Below, in pieces: positions 18,127-26,404 of a stretch of 64,000 nt of DNA. This DNA is from a virus (Duplodnaviria; Caudoviricetes), in the IMG/VR virus record IMGVR_UViG_3300032305_001732, positions 12,585 through 76,584 of that record; one strand, 5' to 3'. Below the pieces are notes generated by a model. It saw only the letters and a program-made list of their open reading frames with translations, ran no database searches and was not told the origin of the DNA. How positions within the stretch are numbered: position 1 is the first letter of the stretch; each line of letters opens with the position of its first letter. A program made the translations under genes and the position numbers.

Positions 18127-20328
18127 TTGCCCCATACTTATCTGGTGCCAGCTATGCGAACCAAAGATTTAGGCGAATTTTTTTACACGACGTCTCTCAC
18201 GCAGTACGACGTATTGAAGTATTACGTCAACAAGATGTTCACGCCGGCTATGGACGTAGTGGCGTTGCTGCAGCTTATTGCGACGTACAAGCCTAAAACG
18301 TTTTTAGAGATCGGCACAAATCAAGGGCAGACCACACAAATTATCGCAGATAATTTTCCTAATATGCAGATCGTCACGTGCGATCCCGGCGATCAGCTGA
18401 CAGAGGAACAACGCAACGAGCACCAAATAGGTGAGCATTTACCACAGTGGGCAATCGGTGAGCGAGTAGCTGGCTATCCGAATGTGAAAATTATTAAAAA
18501 GTCGTTTGCTGATATCGATTGGGCTGGGCAAACCTTTGATTTTATTTTCATTGACGGCGACCATTCTTACGAAGCTGCGCTGCAAGATAGCTTGTTAGCC
18601 GCTAAGCTTGTAAATCATCCTGGCGTGCTGGCGTGGCACGATGTGGATAACGGCGCAGTTCCTGGCGTAAAAAAAGCGCTTGATGAGCTGACTGAATTAG
18701 CTCCGATTATTCACATTGAAAAATCAATGGTGGGGTATCGCGCTACTTGCCGGAGCACCGACTCGAAACGAGTTTTTACTCAGTTGCACAGAGACGGCGC
18801 TTGGGGTTCTGGCTGCGGCCCGGGCGCAACCTTAGATTTCTGCCAGCCGCTGATTAATTTTTTAGCGCCGCACTTTGAAGAACGGAACGTCAAGACACTA
18901 TGCGATTTAGGCTGCGGCGATTTTCAGTGGCAACCCGCGCTAGTAGCTAGTACCGGGGTTAAATACATTGGTTTAGATTGCATTGACGCACTAATAGAGC
19001 AGAACAGCGCGAAATATCTCCGGCCGGCGTACGAGTTTCGCTCTGTAGACTTTGCCGCAACCCCTGCAGCGCAATTACCAGAAGCAGATGTTTACCTTAT
19101 CAAAGACGTTTTGCAGCACTGGACGTCTGACGACGTAAATCAGTTTTTAGTGGAGCTGCTCATCGCGCGCCCATCGGCTGAAGTGCTTGTCATTAACTGC
19201 GTCAACCAAGAAAACGATAAACGCGACATTCAAACCGGCCAGTTTGAGCCGCTCAACAAAGCACACTATCCGCTAAATGCATTTAATGTCGAGGAGCTGT
19301 TTTCGTTTCACAGCAAAGTTGTTTACAGGATCAGTCCGCTTAAATCAAACGCGCCAATGCCGACTAGTGCGCCGGTTAAATTAAGTGCTGCACCGGTTGT
19401 GCTACCCGAGTTTTCTGCAGCTTTGATGCAGCCTGCCAATGTTGCTGCGTATCGGCCGCTTGTCGAATCTACATCTGCGCAGTGGTTTGCTGATGCTGCG
19501 TCCGCAGCTGCGCTAGTGCCAAAACCCAGCGATATGCGGGGGCGCGGCATTGTTATCTGTGCGGGCAATAATTATCTGCCTGCGGCGTGGGTGAATATCA
19601 AGATGCTGCGATATTTTCACTGCGACTTGCCAGTGGAGATTTGGCATCTTGGTCCAGAAGAAATTCCGGCCCGCGTGCGCCCGGGTTTCGAGGCGCTAGG
19701 CGCCACGTTTATAGACGGCCGCGAAATCCAAAAGACGTTTCCGCATCAACGGCTAAACGGCTGGGAACTTAAAGCTTACGCGCTGCTGCACACAAAGTTT
19801 GCTGAGGTAATGCTTCTTGATGCGGATAACATACCGCTTAAAAATGTCACACGTTTGTTTGATGAGATGTTTTACAAGCAACACGGCGCGTTGTTCTGGC
19901 CGGATCGCGGAACGTGGCCGCCGCATGCCAAGATTTGGGAGTTGACCGGCGTACCGTACAGACCCGAGTGTGAGTTTGAAACCGGGCAGATGGTTGTGGA
20001 TCGGTCACGCTGCTGGCCAGCTGTTGTGATGACTAATTGGATTAATGAAGAGAGCGTCTATTGGTATACGAAGATTCACGGTGACAAAGACACGTTCCGG
20101 CTAGGCTGGCGCGGCACTGGCACACAATACAACGCTATTCCGCACTCGTCGCTGGCGCCGTGGCCATTCTTTTATCAGAAAGACATTACCGGAGACGTGT
20201 TGTTCCAGCACGGCTGCAAATGGGCGGGCAGGCCAGAATCCTGCGAGTTGCAACAACAGTTTACGCCGGAATTTGTGCCGTATTATCCGCAGTGCGTTGG
20301 CTACATCGAAGAGTATTCCAAACTGTAA
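18127..20328 (+). CDS. Fusion: class I SAM methyltransferase (Methyltransf_24-like) + second SAM methyltransferase + GT71 (MNN-type) mannosyltransferase-like domain
   Basis: FLEIGT..G and FIFIDGDHSY; WGSGCGPG, LCDLGCGD and IKDVLQHW; GRGIVICAG, VMLLDADN, LFWPD, ETGQMVVD and HGDKDTFRLGW. Start uncertain. Confidence 0.8.
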   Translation: MPHTYLVPAMRTKDLGEFFYTTSLTQYDVLKYYVNKMFTPAMDVVALLQLIATYKPKTFLEIGTNQGQTTQIIADNFPNMQIVTCDPGDQLTEEQRNEHQIGEHLPQWAIGERVAGYPNVKIIKKSFADIDWAGQTFDFIFIDGDHSYEAALQDSLLAAKLVNHPGVLAWHDVDNGAVPGVKKALDELTELAPIIHIEKSMVGYRATCRSTDSKRVFTQLHRDGAWGSGCGPGATLDFCQPLINFLAPHFEERNVKTLCDLGCGDFQWQPALVASTGVKYIGLDCIDALIEQNSAKYLRPAYEFRSVDFAATPAAQLPEADVYLIKDVLQHWTSDDVNQFLVELLIARPSAEVLVINCVNQENDKRDIQTGQFEPLNKAHYPLNAFNVEELFSFHSKVVYRISPLKSNAPMPTSAPVKLSAAPVVLPEFSAALMQPANVAAYRPLVESTSAQWFADAASAAALVPKPSDMRGRGIVICAGNNYLPAAWVNIKMLRYFHCDLPVEIWHLGPEEIPARVRPGFEALGATFIDGREIQKTFPHQRLNGWELKAYALLHTKFAEVMLLDADNIPLKNVTRLFDEMFYKQHGALFWPDRGTWPPHAKIWELTGVPYRPECEFETGQMVVDRSRCWPAVVMTNWINEESVYWYTKIHGDKDTFRLGWRGTGTQYNAIPHSSLAPWPFFYQKDITGDVLFQHGCKWAGRPESCELQQQFTPEFVPYYPQCVGYIEEYSKL

Positions 20329-20343
20329 CGTGTAAGGTGCTAC

Positions 20344-21321
20344 ATGCCACAGAAGTTTATTTTGCGTAATCATCAAAGCCCCGGCGATTTGGTAATGATG
20401 CTGTACGCATTGACTAGTCTGCACGAAACGTATCCCGGCGAGTACATCACAGATGTAAACGTGACGGTGCGCGACTTGTTTGTTGAAAATCCGTTGATTA
20501 CGCAGCTAAACGAAAAAGACCCTGATGTGCGGGTAATTAAAATGGAATACCCGCAAATCAATGAGAGTAACAGCCGACCGTACCGCTTCTCTACAGCTTT
20601 CACGGCATACCTAGCCGATCAAATTGGTAGGCCTATTCAGCCCGCTAATTTTGCAGGGGTTATTCCGCTTAGCGCTAGCGAAAAAGGCTGGTACTCGGCA
20701 ATGCACGAGGTGCTGCAACGCGACGTGCCGTACTGGGTTTTAAACGCCGGGCATAAATCTGACTTCACCGCTAAGACTTGGTCATTTGCGCGGTATCAAG
20801 AATTAGTAGACGCTTTGCCAGATGTGCAGTTTGTACAGGTTGGTGCTAAAGAGCACATACATCCAGAACTGCGCGGCCCTAATTTAACACGTATGGTAGG
20901 AAAGACAGATACGCGGCAATTAATCCGGCTAGTTTACAACTCGTTTGGTGTAATTTCTGGCGTGAGCTTTCCGATGCACTTAGCTTATGCCGTACCCGCG
21001 CACCCTAGGTTTAGACGTGAAAGCCGCGCAAATATTACTATTGCCGGCGGCCGGGAACCGTCGCATTGGGAGCAGGGTCCGGATCATCATTATTTACACA
21101 CCAGCGGTATGCTTAGTTGCTGCTCTAAAGGTGGTTGCTGGAAGAGCCGCGTAGTGGCCATGGATGACAACGACGAAAAAAACAACAGCCTATGCGAAGC
21201 GCCGATGATGATGGAAGACGGGCAGTGGGTGCCAAAATGTATGGTGATGATTGAAGTCGACGACGTTGTAAAGCTTGTACGCCGGTATATGGATAACCTG
21301 GACTACTCGCCTAAGTCGTGA
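20344..21321 (+). CDS. GT9-like (ADP-heptose:LPS heptosyltransferase family) glycosyltransferase
   Basis: N-terminal SPGDLVMM, K.WSFARYQELV, FVQVGA, GKTD.RQLIRLVY and SFPMHLAYA motifs. Confidence 0.75.
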   Translation: MPQKFILRNHQSPGDLVMMLYALTSLHETYPGEYITDVNVTVRDLFVENPLITQLNEKDPDVRVIKMEYPQINESNSRPYRFSTAFTAYLADQIGRPIQPANFAGVIPLSASEKGWYSAMHEVLQRDVPYWVLNAGHKSDFTAKTWSFARYQELVDALPDVQFVQVGAKEHIHPELRGPNLTRMVGKTDTRQLIRLVYNSFGVISGVSFPMHLAYAVPAHPRFRRESRANITIAGGREPSHWEQGPDHHYLHTSGMLSCCSKGGCWKSRVVAMDDNDEKNNSLCEAPMMMEDGQWVPKCMVMIEVDDVVKLVRRYMDNLDYSPKS

Positions 21322-21328
21322 TGGCTGG

Positions 21329-21781
21329 ATGCTGCCACATCGCAAAACCGTAATGGCGCTAGACTTCGATCGCACGTTTACGAGCGATGTCGCGTTCTGG
21401 CGCATGTTCATAACTATTGCGGTGCAGCGCGGGCATACGGTTATATGTGTAACTGGCCGAACTGATTGCCCACGCAATCATGCAGAAGTCGCCGCGGTGT
21501 TCGGCCAGCCTTATTTTCAGCTTCTTGGCGGTTGCATCTTTTGCAGCCATTCGCCGAAGCGCGCGATTGTCGAAGCGCGCGGTTACGCAATTGATATTTG
21601 GATAGACGACATGCCTGAGGGCATCGGCGCACGCGACCCGGCTGAGTTTAAAGCTCTCGAGGCCAAATTCCCTGTGTGCGAAACATTGCCAATATTTAAC
21701 AACGCAGATATTTCGCCTACTGAGATGTGGGTACCAAACGCCCCACTATTTTCAAAAAAACCCAGAATTACTGTAAATTAA
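21329..21781 (+). CDS. HAD-superfamily phosphatase-like protein
   Basis: ALDFDRTF (motif I), ICVTGR (motif II), PKR (motif III) and DIWIDD (motif IV). Confidence 0.65.
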   Translation: MLPHRKTVMALDFDRTFTSDVAFWRMFITIAVQRGHTVICVTGRTDCPRNHAEVAAVFGQPYFQLLGGCIFCSHSPKRAIVEARGYAIDIWIDDMPEGIGARDPAEFKALEAKFPVCETLPIFNNADISPTEMWVPNAPLFSKKPRITVN

Positions 21782-21790
21782 TAGGGTACG

Positions 21791-21837
21791 CCGGGACGGA
21801 TCTCGGCTAAGTCTGACGCACTGAACGGATTCAGTGT
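21791..21837 (+). promoter_or_regulatory. Two hairpins with identical CGGA loops abutting the endonuclease start codon
   Basis: CCGGGA-CGGA-TCTCGG (21791-21806) and GCACTGAA-CGGA-TTCAGTGT (21818-21837); the ATG is at 21838. Confidence 0.5.
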
Positions 21838-22539
21838 ATGCAGAAGCGTTGGTACTACTGTTACGTTATCGTATACCCGTCGCTTGGGTATAAGTTCTAC
21901 TACGGCTCGCGCATAACAAAAAATGCGCCCGAGGCCGACCATGATTACTTCGGGTCGTCCGTTACTTTTAGTCACTACAACGACACAGAGCATGCCGAGT
22001 ATCAGGCTGACGCTTTAAAAATTATTCTCTGGGCCGCGCACCTGCCAAAAGCCAAGAAACACGCACTGGCTCTCGGCGCGCTTGAGGCGGCTAATATTCG
22101 TGCCGCGCTAGATAACCGCGAGCATCTCGGGCCGGATATTTGCTTAAACCGTAATTACGGCGGGCGTATTGTATTGACGCCAGCTGAGTACAAAGCAGCT
22201 GCTGAAAAATCGCGGCAGGCTGGTTCTGGGTTTGCAGGTATGTCTAAAAAAATGCACAAAAAATGGGCTACGCTTGGCGGTCAATTGTCTAAGCTGCATG
22301 GCAAAGGCGTGCACGGACTTAGCCAAGAAGAGCGCCGCCGCAATTCAGTTCTAGGTGCGGGTGTTATAAAGGACAAGTACGCAAAAGATTACACGTTTTG
22401 CGACCCAAACGGCGAGCTTGTAGCAATTAGAAATTTGAAAGCATTTTGCCGCGAGCATAATTTAAATCCTGGGCATATGCGCAGCGTAAATTGCGGCAGA
22501 ATTAAATCACACAAAGGATGGCGCAAGCCCGCAGAATGA
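21838..22539 (+). mobile_element. Free-standing GIY-YIG/Seg-like homing endonuclease with C-terminal NUMOD-type DNA-binding repeat
   Basis: YCYVIVY...FYYGSR...YFGSS (degenerate GIY-YIG); CLNRNYGG; C-terminal NLKAFCREHNLN...HKGW. Confidence 0.6.
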
Positions 22540-22865
22540 ACGAATACATAATTAATGGCGTAGCTATTGGTTTATTGGTTGGCTACATTGTCGGACGTTT
22601 AGACTTTTTGGTCTTTTTGACTAAGTGCTCGGAGCGCTCTGTAGCAGCATCGCAGGCGTCCGTTATAAATAAACCGCGTAGTTTCTTTGATCAGCCAGAA
22701 GAGAAAGCAAAACCTGCTTTAGACATAGACACGCGCAAGTTTGTAAATCCGGTTAAAACGGATGATTTGACCAAGGCCGCCGACACTAGTCTTGGCAAAA
22801 CGACTGTGGCGCACGATGATATTCAGGCATCGGTATCAAAGCTCGCACAGCTCAAAGGAAAATAA
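22536..22865 (+). CDS. Single-pass membrane protein
   Basis: N-terminal TM segment (IINGVAIGLLVGYIVG), ATGA overlap with the upstream gene, and directly upstream of the actin-like gene. Confidence 0.65.
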   Translation: MNEYIINGVAIGLLVGYIVGRLDFLVFLTKCSERSVAASQASVINKPRSFFDQPEEKAKPALDIDTRKFVNPVKTDDLTKAADTSLGKTTVAHDDIQASVSKLAQLKGK

Positions 22866-22866
22866 C

Positions 22867-23871
22867 ATGGCCAAAGGTTTAGACGTCGGTACCTCATTTG
22901 TCGTACTTGCGCAGGACGGGGCTGAAGGTAATGTGCAGTACAAGGACTTCCGTGACGCGTTTTACGTCATTAAGCCGACAACTCCCGTCGCCACGAAGAT
23001 GATTGAAAAAGGACTGCAGGGCAAAATCTTCGTCAAAGACGCTGACGGCAGTTTTATTCTGCTAGGCCAGGACGCTATCGAAAAAGCTGTGGAGCGCAAT
23101 GATTCTGCTAAGCGCCCTATGTACCGCGGCGTAGTTAGCCCGAAGGAAAAAGACGCTAAACGTATTTTGGCCTATATCTTGAAAGAAGTAGCCGGAACTG
23201 CTGCTGAGCCGGGCGAGAAGCTTGTTTTCTGTATCCCTGCGCAGCCCGTCGATCAAGAGGACGAAGACTTTGACGTCGGTTATCACGAAGACGTTGTAAA
23301 GCTTGTGCTATCCGAAGTTGGTTACGCAGCTAGGGCAATTAACGAAGCAGAAGCGCTGTGTTACTCAGAGTTTGAGAACGACGATTACACGGGTATTGCG
23401 TTGTCTTGGGGCGCTGGCATGGTAAATTGCTGCGTCATGCTTAATGGCGAACCAACTGTTATGTTCTCGACCACCAAATCCGGCGACTGGGTTGATCGAA
23501 TGTCAGCCGTCGCTGTAAATGTTCCTGATAGCGTAGTGCAGGCTGAAAAAGAGCATGGCGTATTTAAAGTCGGCGAGCCCAACGACAATCCGACTTTGGC
23601 AGCCGTGGCGTCATATTATGAGCGCTTAGTAGACTACACGGCTAAACAGCTTACACACGCACTGACTGGTCATAAGTTACTGCCGCAATTTAAACACCCG
23701 CTGCCGGTTGCTGTTGCTGGCGGTACAAGCAAAGCTGACGGTTTTGTTGCCGCTTTTTCCGCTAAACTACAAGAGAGTGGTTTTCCGCTCGCCATTAAAG
23801 AGGTCCGCCACGCTGCTGACCCACTCCACGCTGTAGCCCGCGGCTGTCTAATCGCAGCCAAGATTTTATAA
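22867..23871 (+). CDS. Actin/Hsp70-fold ATPase (MreB/FtsA/ParM-like)
   Basis: Phosphate 1 GLDVGT, connect 1 INEAEA, phosphate 2 SWGAGMVN and adenosine motif VAGGTS; also RPMYRGV and CIPAQP. Confidence 0.8.
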   Translation: MAKGLDVGTSFVVLAQDGAEGNVQYKDFRDAFYVIKPTTPVATKMIEKGLQGKIFVKDADGSFILLGQDAIEKAVERNDSAKRPMYRGVVSPKEKDAKRILAYILKEVAGTAAEPGEKLVFCIPAQPVDQEDEDFDVGYHEDVVKLVLSEVGYAARAINEAEALCYSEFENDDYTGIALSWGAGMVNCCVMLNGEPTVMFSTTKSGDWVDRMSAVAVNVPDSVVQAEKEHGVFKVGEPNDNPTLAAVASYYERLVDYTAKQLTHALTGHKLLPQFKHPLPVAVAGGTSKADGFVAAFSAKLQESGFPLAIKEVRHAADPLHAVARGCLIAAKIL

Positions 23872-23895
23872 CCGTTTCGGGTTACGTATACGCGC

Positions 23896-23904
23896 TGTTA
23901 AAAT
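23896..23904 (+). promoter_or_regulatory. Extended -10 promoter element (TGnTAAAAT)
   Basis: TGTTAAAAT lies about 6 nt upstream of the 5' strand of the closing stem of the structured RNA candidate. Confidence 0.55.
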
Positions 23905-23908
23905 GAGT

Positions 23909-24130
23909 TTGTCGTAAGTTAGTCGTGGTGGCCGGCTGGTTAGCGTTAGGGTGTTAAGCAGGGATGTGAGACGCCCTAATAGGAATCCGTGGTCAGGCTG
24001 CGGCCGCGCTCACGGTTGGTGGAGCAATGAATGCCGCACGAGGTTGAGTTTACACCTTAGAAAGTCATTGCTTTGCCCCGGTTCGCCGGGGTTCGGTCCT
24101 GTGGAAGGGGATCACAGGGGCTTACGACAA
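23909..24130 (+). ncRNA. Candidate novel structured RNA (about 220 nt), family unknown
   Basis: Perfect 10 bp terminal stem TTGTCGTAAG/CTTACGACAA enclosing five internal stems, one with a UUCG loop. There is a promoter upstream and a T5 run downstream, and no convincing ORF. Confidence 0.6.
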
Positions 24131-24153
24131 CCTTTTTAACAGAGAGTCAAAAC

Positions 24154-24513
24154 ATGGTAGACGAATATATGCATTCGTTAACTGTGTTTTTAAGTGCGTT
24201 CGGCGTCTCGGCCTTCGCTGGTCTTGCTACGCTATTACGGTTTTCGCGCAGGCAGGTATCAAAGATTTCAGTTTTTAGCGCTATGTTAAACGCCGGCTTT
24301 TTAGGGCTGGCTATTGCTTTAATTTGGTATCAGAATTATCGAAAAGCCGAAAACATTCACGGATTAATAGGTATTTGTGTTCTTGCCGGAATGGGTGGTT
24401 CCACGCTGACCGATTTGTTAATATCTCTATTAGCAGGAGCCGGCATAAAAGTCATCATTACCCACGAACGCGACGACCACGGGAGGCCAGACGATGACAC
24501 AGGAAATTCGTAA
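24154..24513 (+). CDS. Holin-like membrane protein (3 TM)
   Basis: Three TM segments with a charged C-terminal tail. Confidence 0.5.
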   Translation: MVDEYMHSLTVFLSAFGVSAFAGLATLLRFSRRQVSKISVFSAMLNAGFLGLAIALIWYQNYRKAENIHGLIGICVLAGMGGSTLTDLLISLLAGAGIKVIITHERDDHGRPDDDTGNS

Positions 24514-24649
24514 AGACCTGAGCGTAGCGGCAATTATGGCGACAATGGTGTGCGCCGCTTTATTGCTTATTTCGGCTAGGGCAGCTGCGGAACACGGCGC
24601 ACCAGAAACGTCGGCTAAAAACCCTGAAATTTCCGCCCTTCCGCGCTAA
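24494..24649 (+). CDS. Small (51 aa) membrane-anchored protein, not in the ORF track
   Basis: GGGAGG SD, ATG at 24494, MTQEIRKDLSVAAIMATMVCAALLLISARAAAE..., TAA at 24647-24649. Confidence 0.55.
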   Translation: MTQEIRKDLSVAAIMATMVCAALLLISARAAAEHGAPETSAKNPEISALPR

Positions 24650-24669
24650 TACTGCACACAGGGCCGAAC

Positions 24670-26067
24670 ATGGACGGATTGTCTGTTTTATACCAGTCGA
24701 CGCATTCGGCGCCGTTGTACAACATCGGTAACGCGTATGGCTGGCTAGCTAAATCGTCTAAAACAGCTAGCGCTGAATACCATCTATCCGGCCGGCTTTA
24801 TTTAGCTAAAAGCGGCTGGCTTCTTTTATCTGTGCCAAATGCTCTCGTCCGTGGCGTATTTGACGCTATGTCACATGCCGGCGCTGAGCTGCCGCTTGCT
24901 GGCACTATGAATGTGCCCAACGTAGATAAAGAGCTTTTAAACGCGCATATCTCGGTTATGACGGCCGATGACGTAGAAGCTATTGGCGCTAACAAGATCA
25001 ACGAGCGTGGGCATTCTTTTAAGTACGCGTTAGGCCACGTCAAAGAGCTTACGCCCGGCAACATTGACGGGGTTAGCAAAATTTGGGCTATTCAGATCGC
25101 GAGCCCAGAGCTGTCGGCCTTGCGCAAAAGCTATGGGTTGTCTGCGTTGCCTAAAGACGAGCCATTCCACATTACTGTAGCTGTGCGCCGTAAGAACGTG
25201 CTGCGCGAGAACGACGTTAGCAAGTTTGATACAGCTTCTGGCCGCGGGGAGCTAAAAGCGGCCGCAGACGCCGAAACTACGTATGAGTGCAATTGCGCTG
25301 GCCACTGCACCTGCCCGCCTAACTGCGTGTGCAAGAAATCCTGCTGCAAACCATCTAAAACAGCCGCCGACCTTATTCCTGGCGGCGCGGCGGACAACGT
25401 ACCCGACAGTAAGTTCCCTAAAAAAGATTTAGCTTTAGGAGTCAAAGATGAGCGAGAACATACAAGCAATGATCAAATCGCCAAAGAAATTGCCAAAGAT
25501 CATTTGCAAGAAGACCCCTCCTACTACGAAAAAGAAAAGCTGAAATCTGTAGGCAAAACACCGCAAATTATCTTACAACTACGTGCTGCAAAAGAGCATT
25601 CAGATAACAAGCGGTATGACCAGAAAAACCACATTTTGCGGCAATTAATATCAGCCGCTCCGCAGGATTGGGTTGTCGATGATCCGAAACCTTACCATAT
25701 GGGCATCACCCACGCCCCGACTAAATTTAAATTTCACGCTGATCCGAAGATAATTCCGCCTGTTGTGCCGGTAAGCAAAGCCGCGTCGAATAACCCGTAT
25801 ATTGCGCAACTATTTGCTACCCCGCCTAGTATGACTCCCGGCAATACTACTTGGCAGAATGTTGTGCAGCATTTGCGCAATGTTAAGACACGCGGAGATC
25901 GTCAGGCGTTTGCAGAACAGAACACGCAAGGTTTATTGGCAGAACTCGACCCTGAATACAAGAAGAAATTGCACGCGCAGATTGCCAGCAAGAATTATCC
26001 GCGGCCCGATTTTTTAACTAGGATGATTCAACAACACGGAGACAGCGCGTTGAACGCTGTGTCGTGA
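24670..26067 (+). CDS. Modular protein: 2H phosphoesterase + 8-Cys peptide + DUF5661-like domain + further segments
   Basis: HISV (24946) and HITV (25168) paired H-x-S/T motifs; CNCAGHCTCPPNCVCKKSCC; EREHTSN..IAKEIAKDHL.EDPSYY. Modules are separated by SKTA, LKAA, SKTA and SKAA. Confidence 0.7.
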   Translation: MDGLSVLYQSTHSAPLYNIGNAYGWLAKSSKTASAEYHLSGRLYLAKSGWLLLSVPNALVRGVFDAMSHAGAELPLAGTMNVPNVDKELLNAHISVMTADDVEAIGANKINERGHSFKYALGHVKELTPGNIDGVSKIWAIQIASPELSALRKSYGLSALPKDEPFHITVAVRRKNVLRENDVSKFDTASGRGELKAAADAETTYECNCAGHCTCPPNCVCKKSCCKPSKTAADLIPGGAADNVPDSKFPKKDLALGVKDEREHTSNDQIAKEIAKDHLQEDPSYYEKEKLKSVGKTPQIILQLRAAKEHSDNKRYDQKNHILRQLISAAPQDWVVDDPKPYHMGITHAPTKFKFHADPKIIPPVVPVSKAASNNPYIAQLFATPPSMTPGNTTWQNVVQHLRNVKTRGDRQAFAEQNTQGLLAELDPEYKKKLHAQIASKNYPRPDFLTRMIQQHGDSALNAVS

Positions 26068-26068
26068 T

Positions 26069-26380
26069 ATGGCAGGCCCGATTATTACGAAAATCAAATC
26101 GTGGCTGTTTCCAGAAAAGCCAAAACCGGTCGAGCCTACGGCTGTTCCGGCGCAAACCCCGCCCGCACCGCCGGTTGTCGAGCCGAGTAATTTACAGTTT
26201 CTTAACTATATTCGCGCTTTAATGATTTTGCGCGATACGCCGCTTAAAAAACTACGAGAAGAGTTTTTTAAGCTGCCCCTTGATCGCTTGACTTGGTTTG
26301 CTGGTTGCTTAATTTGGCTTTATATGTCGTATGCTTTTTTGCGGTGGTTTATTCTGCGTGTGGTGCTTGGTCAGTTCTAG
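26069..26380 (+). CDS. Hypothetical membrane protein
   Basis: Pro-rich N-terminus and C-terminal hydrophobic helix. Confidence 0.55.
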   Translation: MAGPIITKIKSWLFPEKPKPVEPTAVPAQTPPAPPVVEPSNLQFLNYIRALMILRDTPLKKLREEFFKLPLDRLTWFAGCLIWLYMSYAFLRWFILRVVLGQF

Positions 26381-26404
26381 CAGCCAATTTTGTACAATAA
26401 AAGC

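Noticed and set aside
21782-22539. Endonuclease as part of a group I intron
   Set aside because: The flanking genes look complete on each side, and no P7/R/S core sequences are visible; treated as free-standing.
22400-23900. parC/parS-type iteron array for the actin-like ATPase
   Set aside because: No tandem direct repeats found around the gene pair.
23909-24130. Assignment of the structured RNA to RNase P, tmRNA or SRP
   Set aside because: GGCTTA near the 3' end pairs in the closing stem rather than in a P4 pseudoknot, and GAGGAAAGTCC is absent. There is no tRNA-like domain or CCA end, and no SRP helix-8 GGAA loop. Left unassigned.
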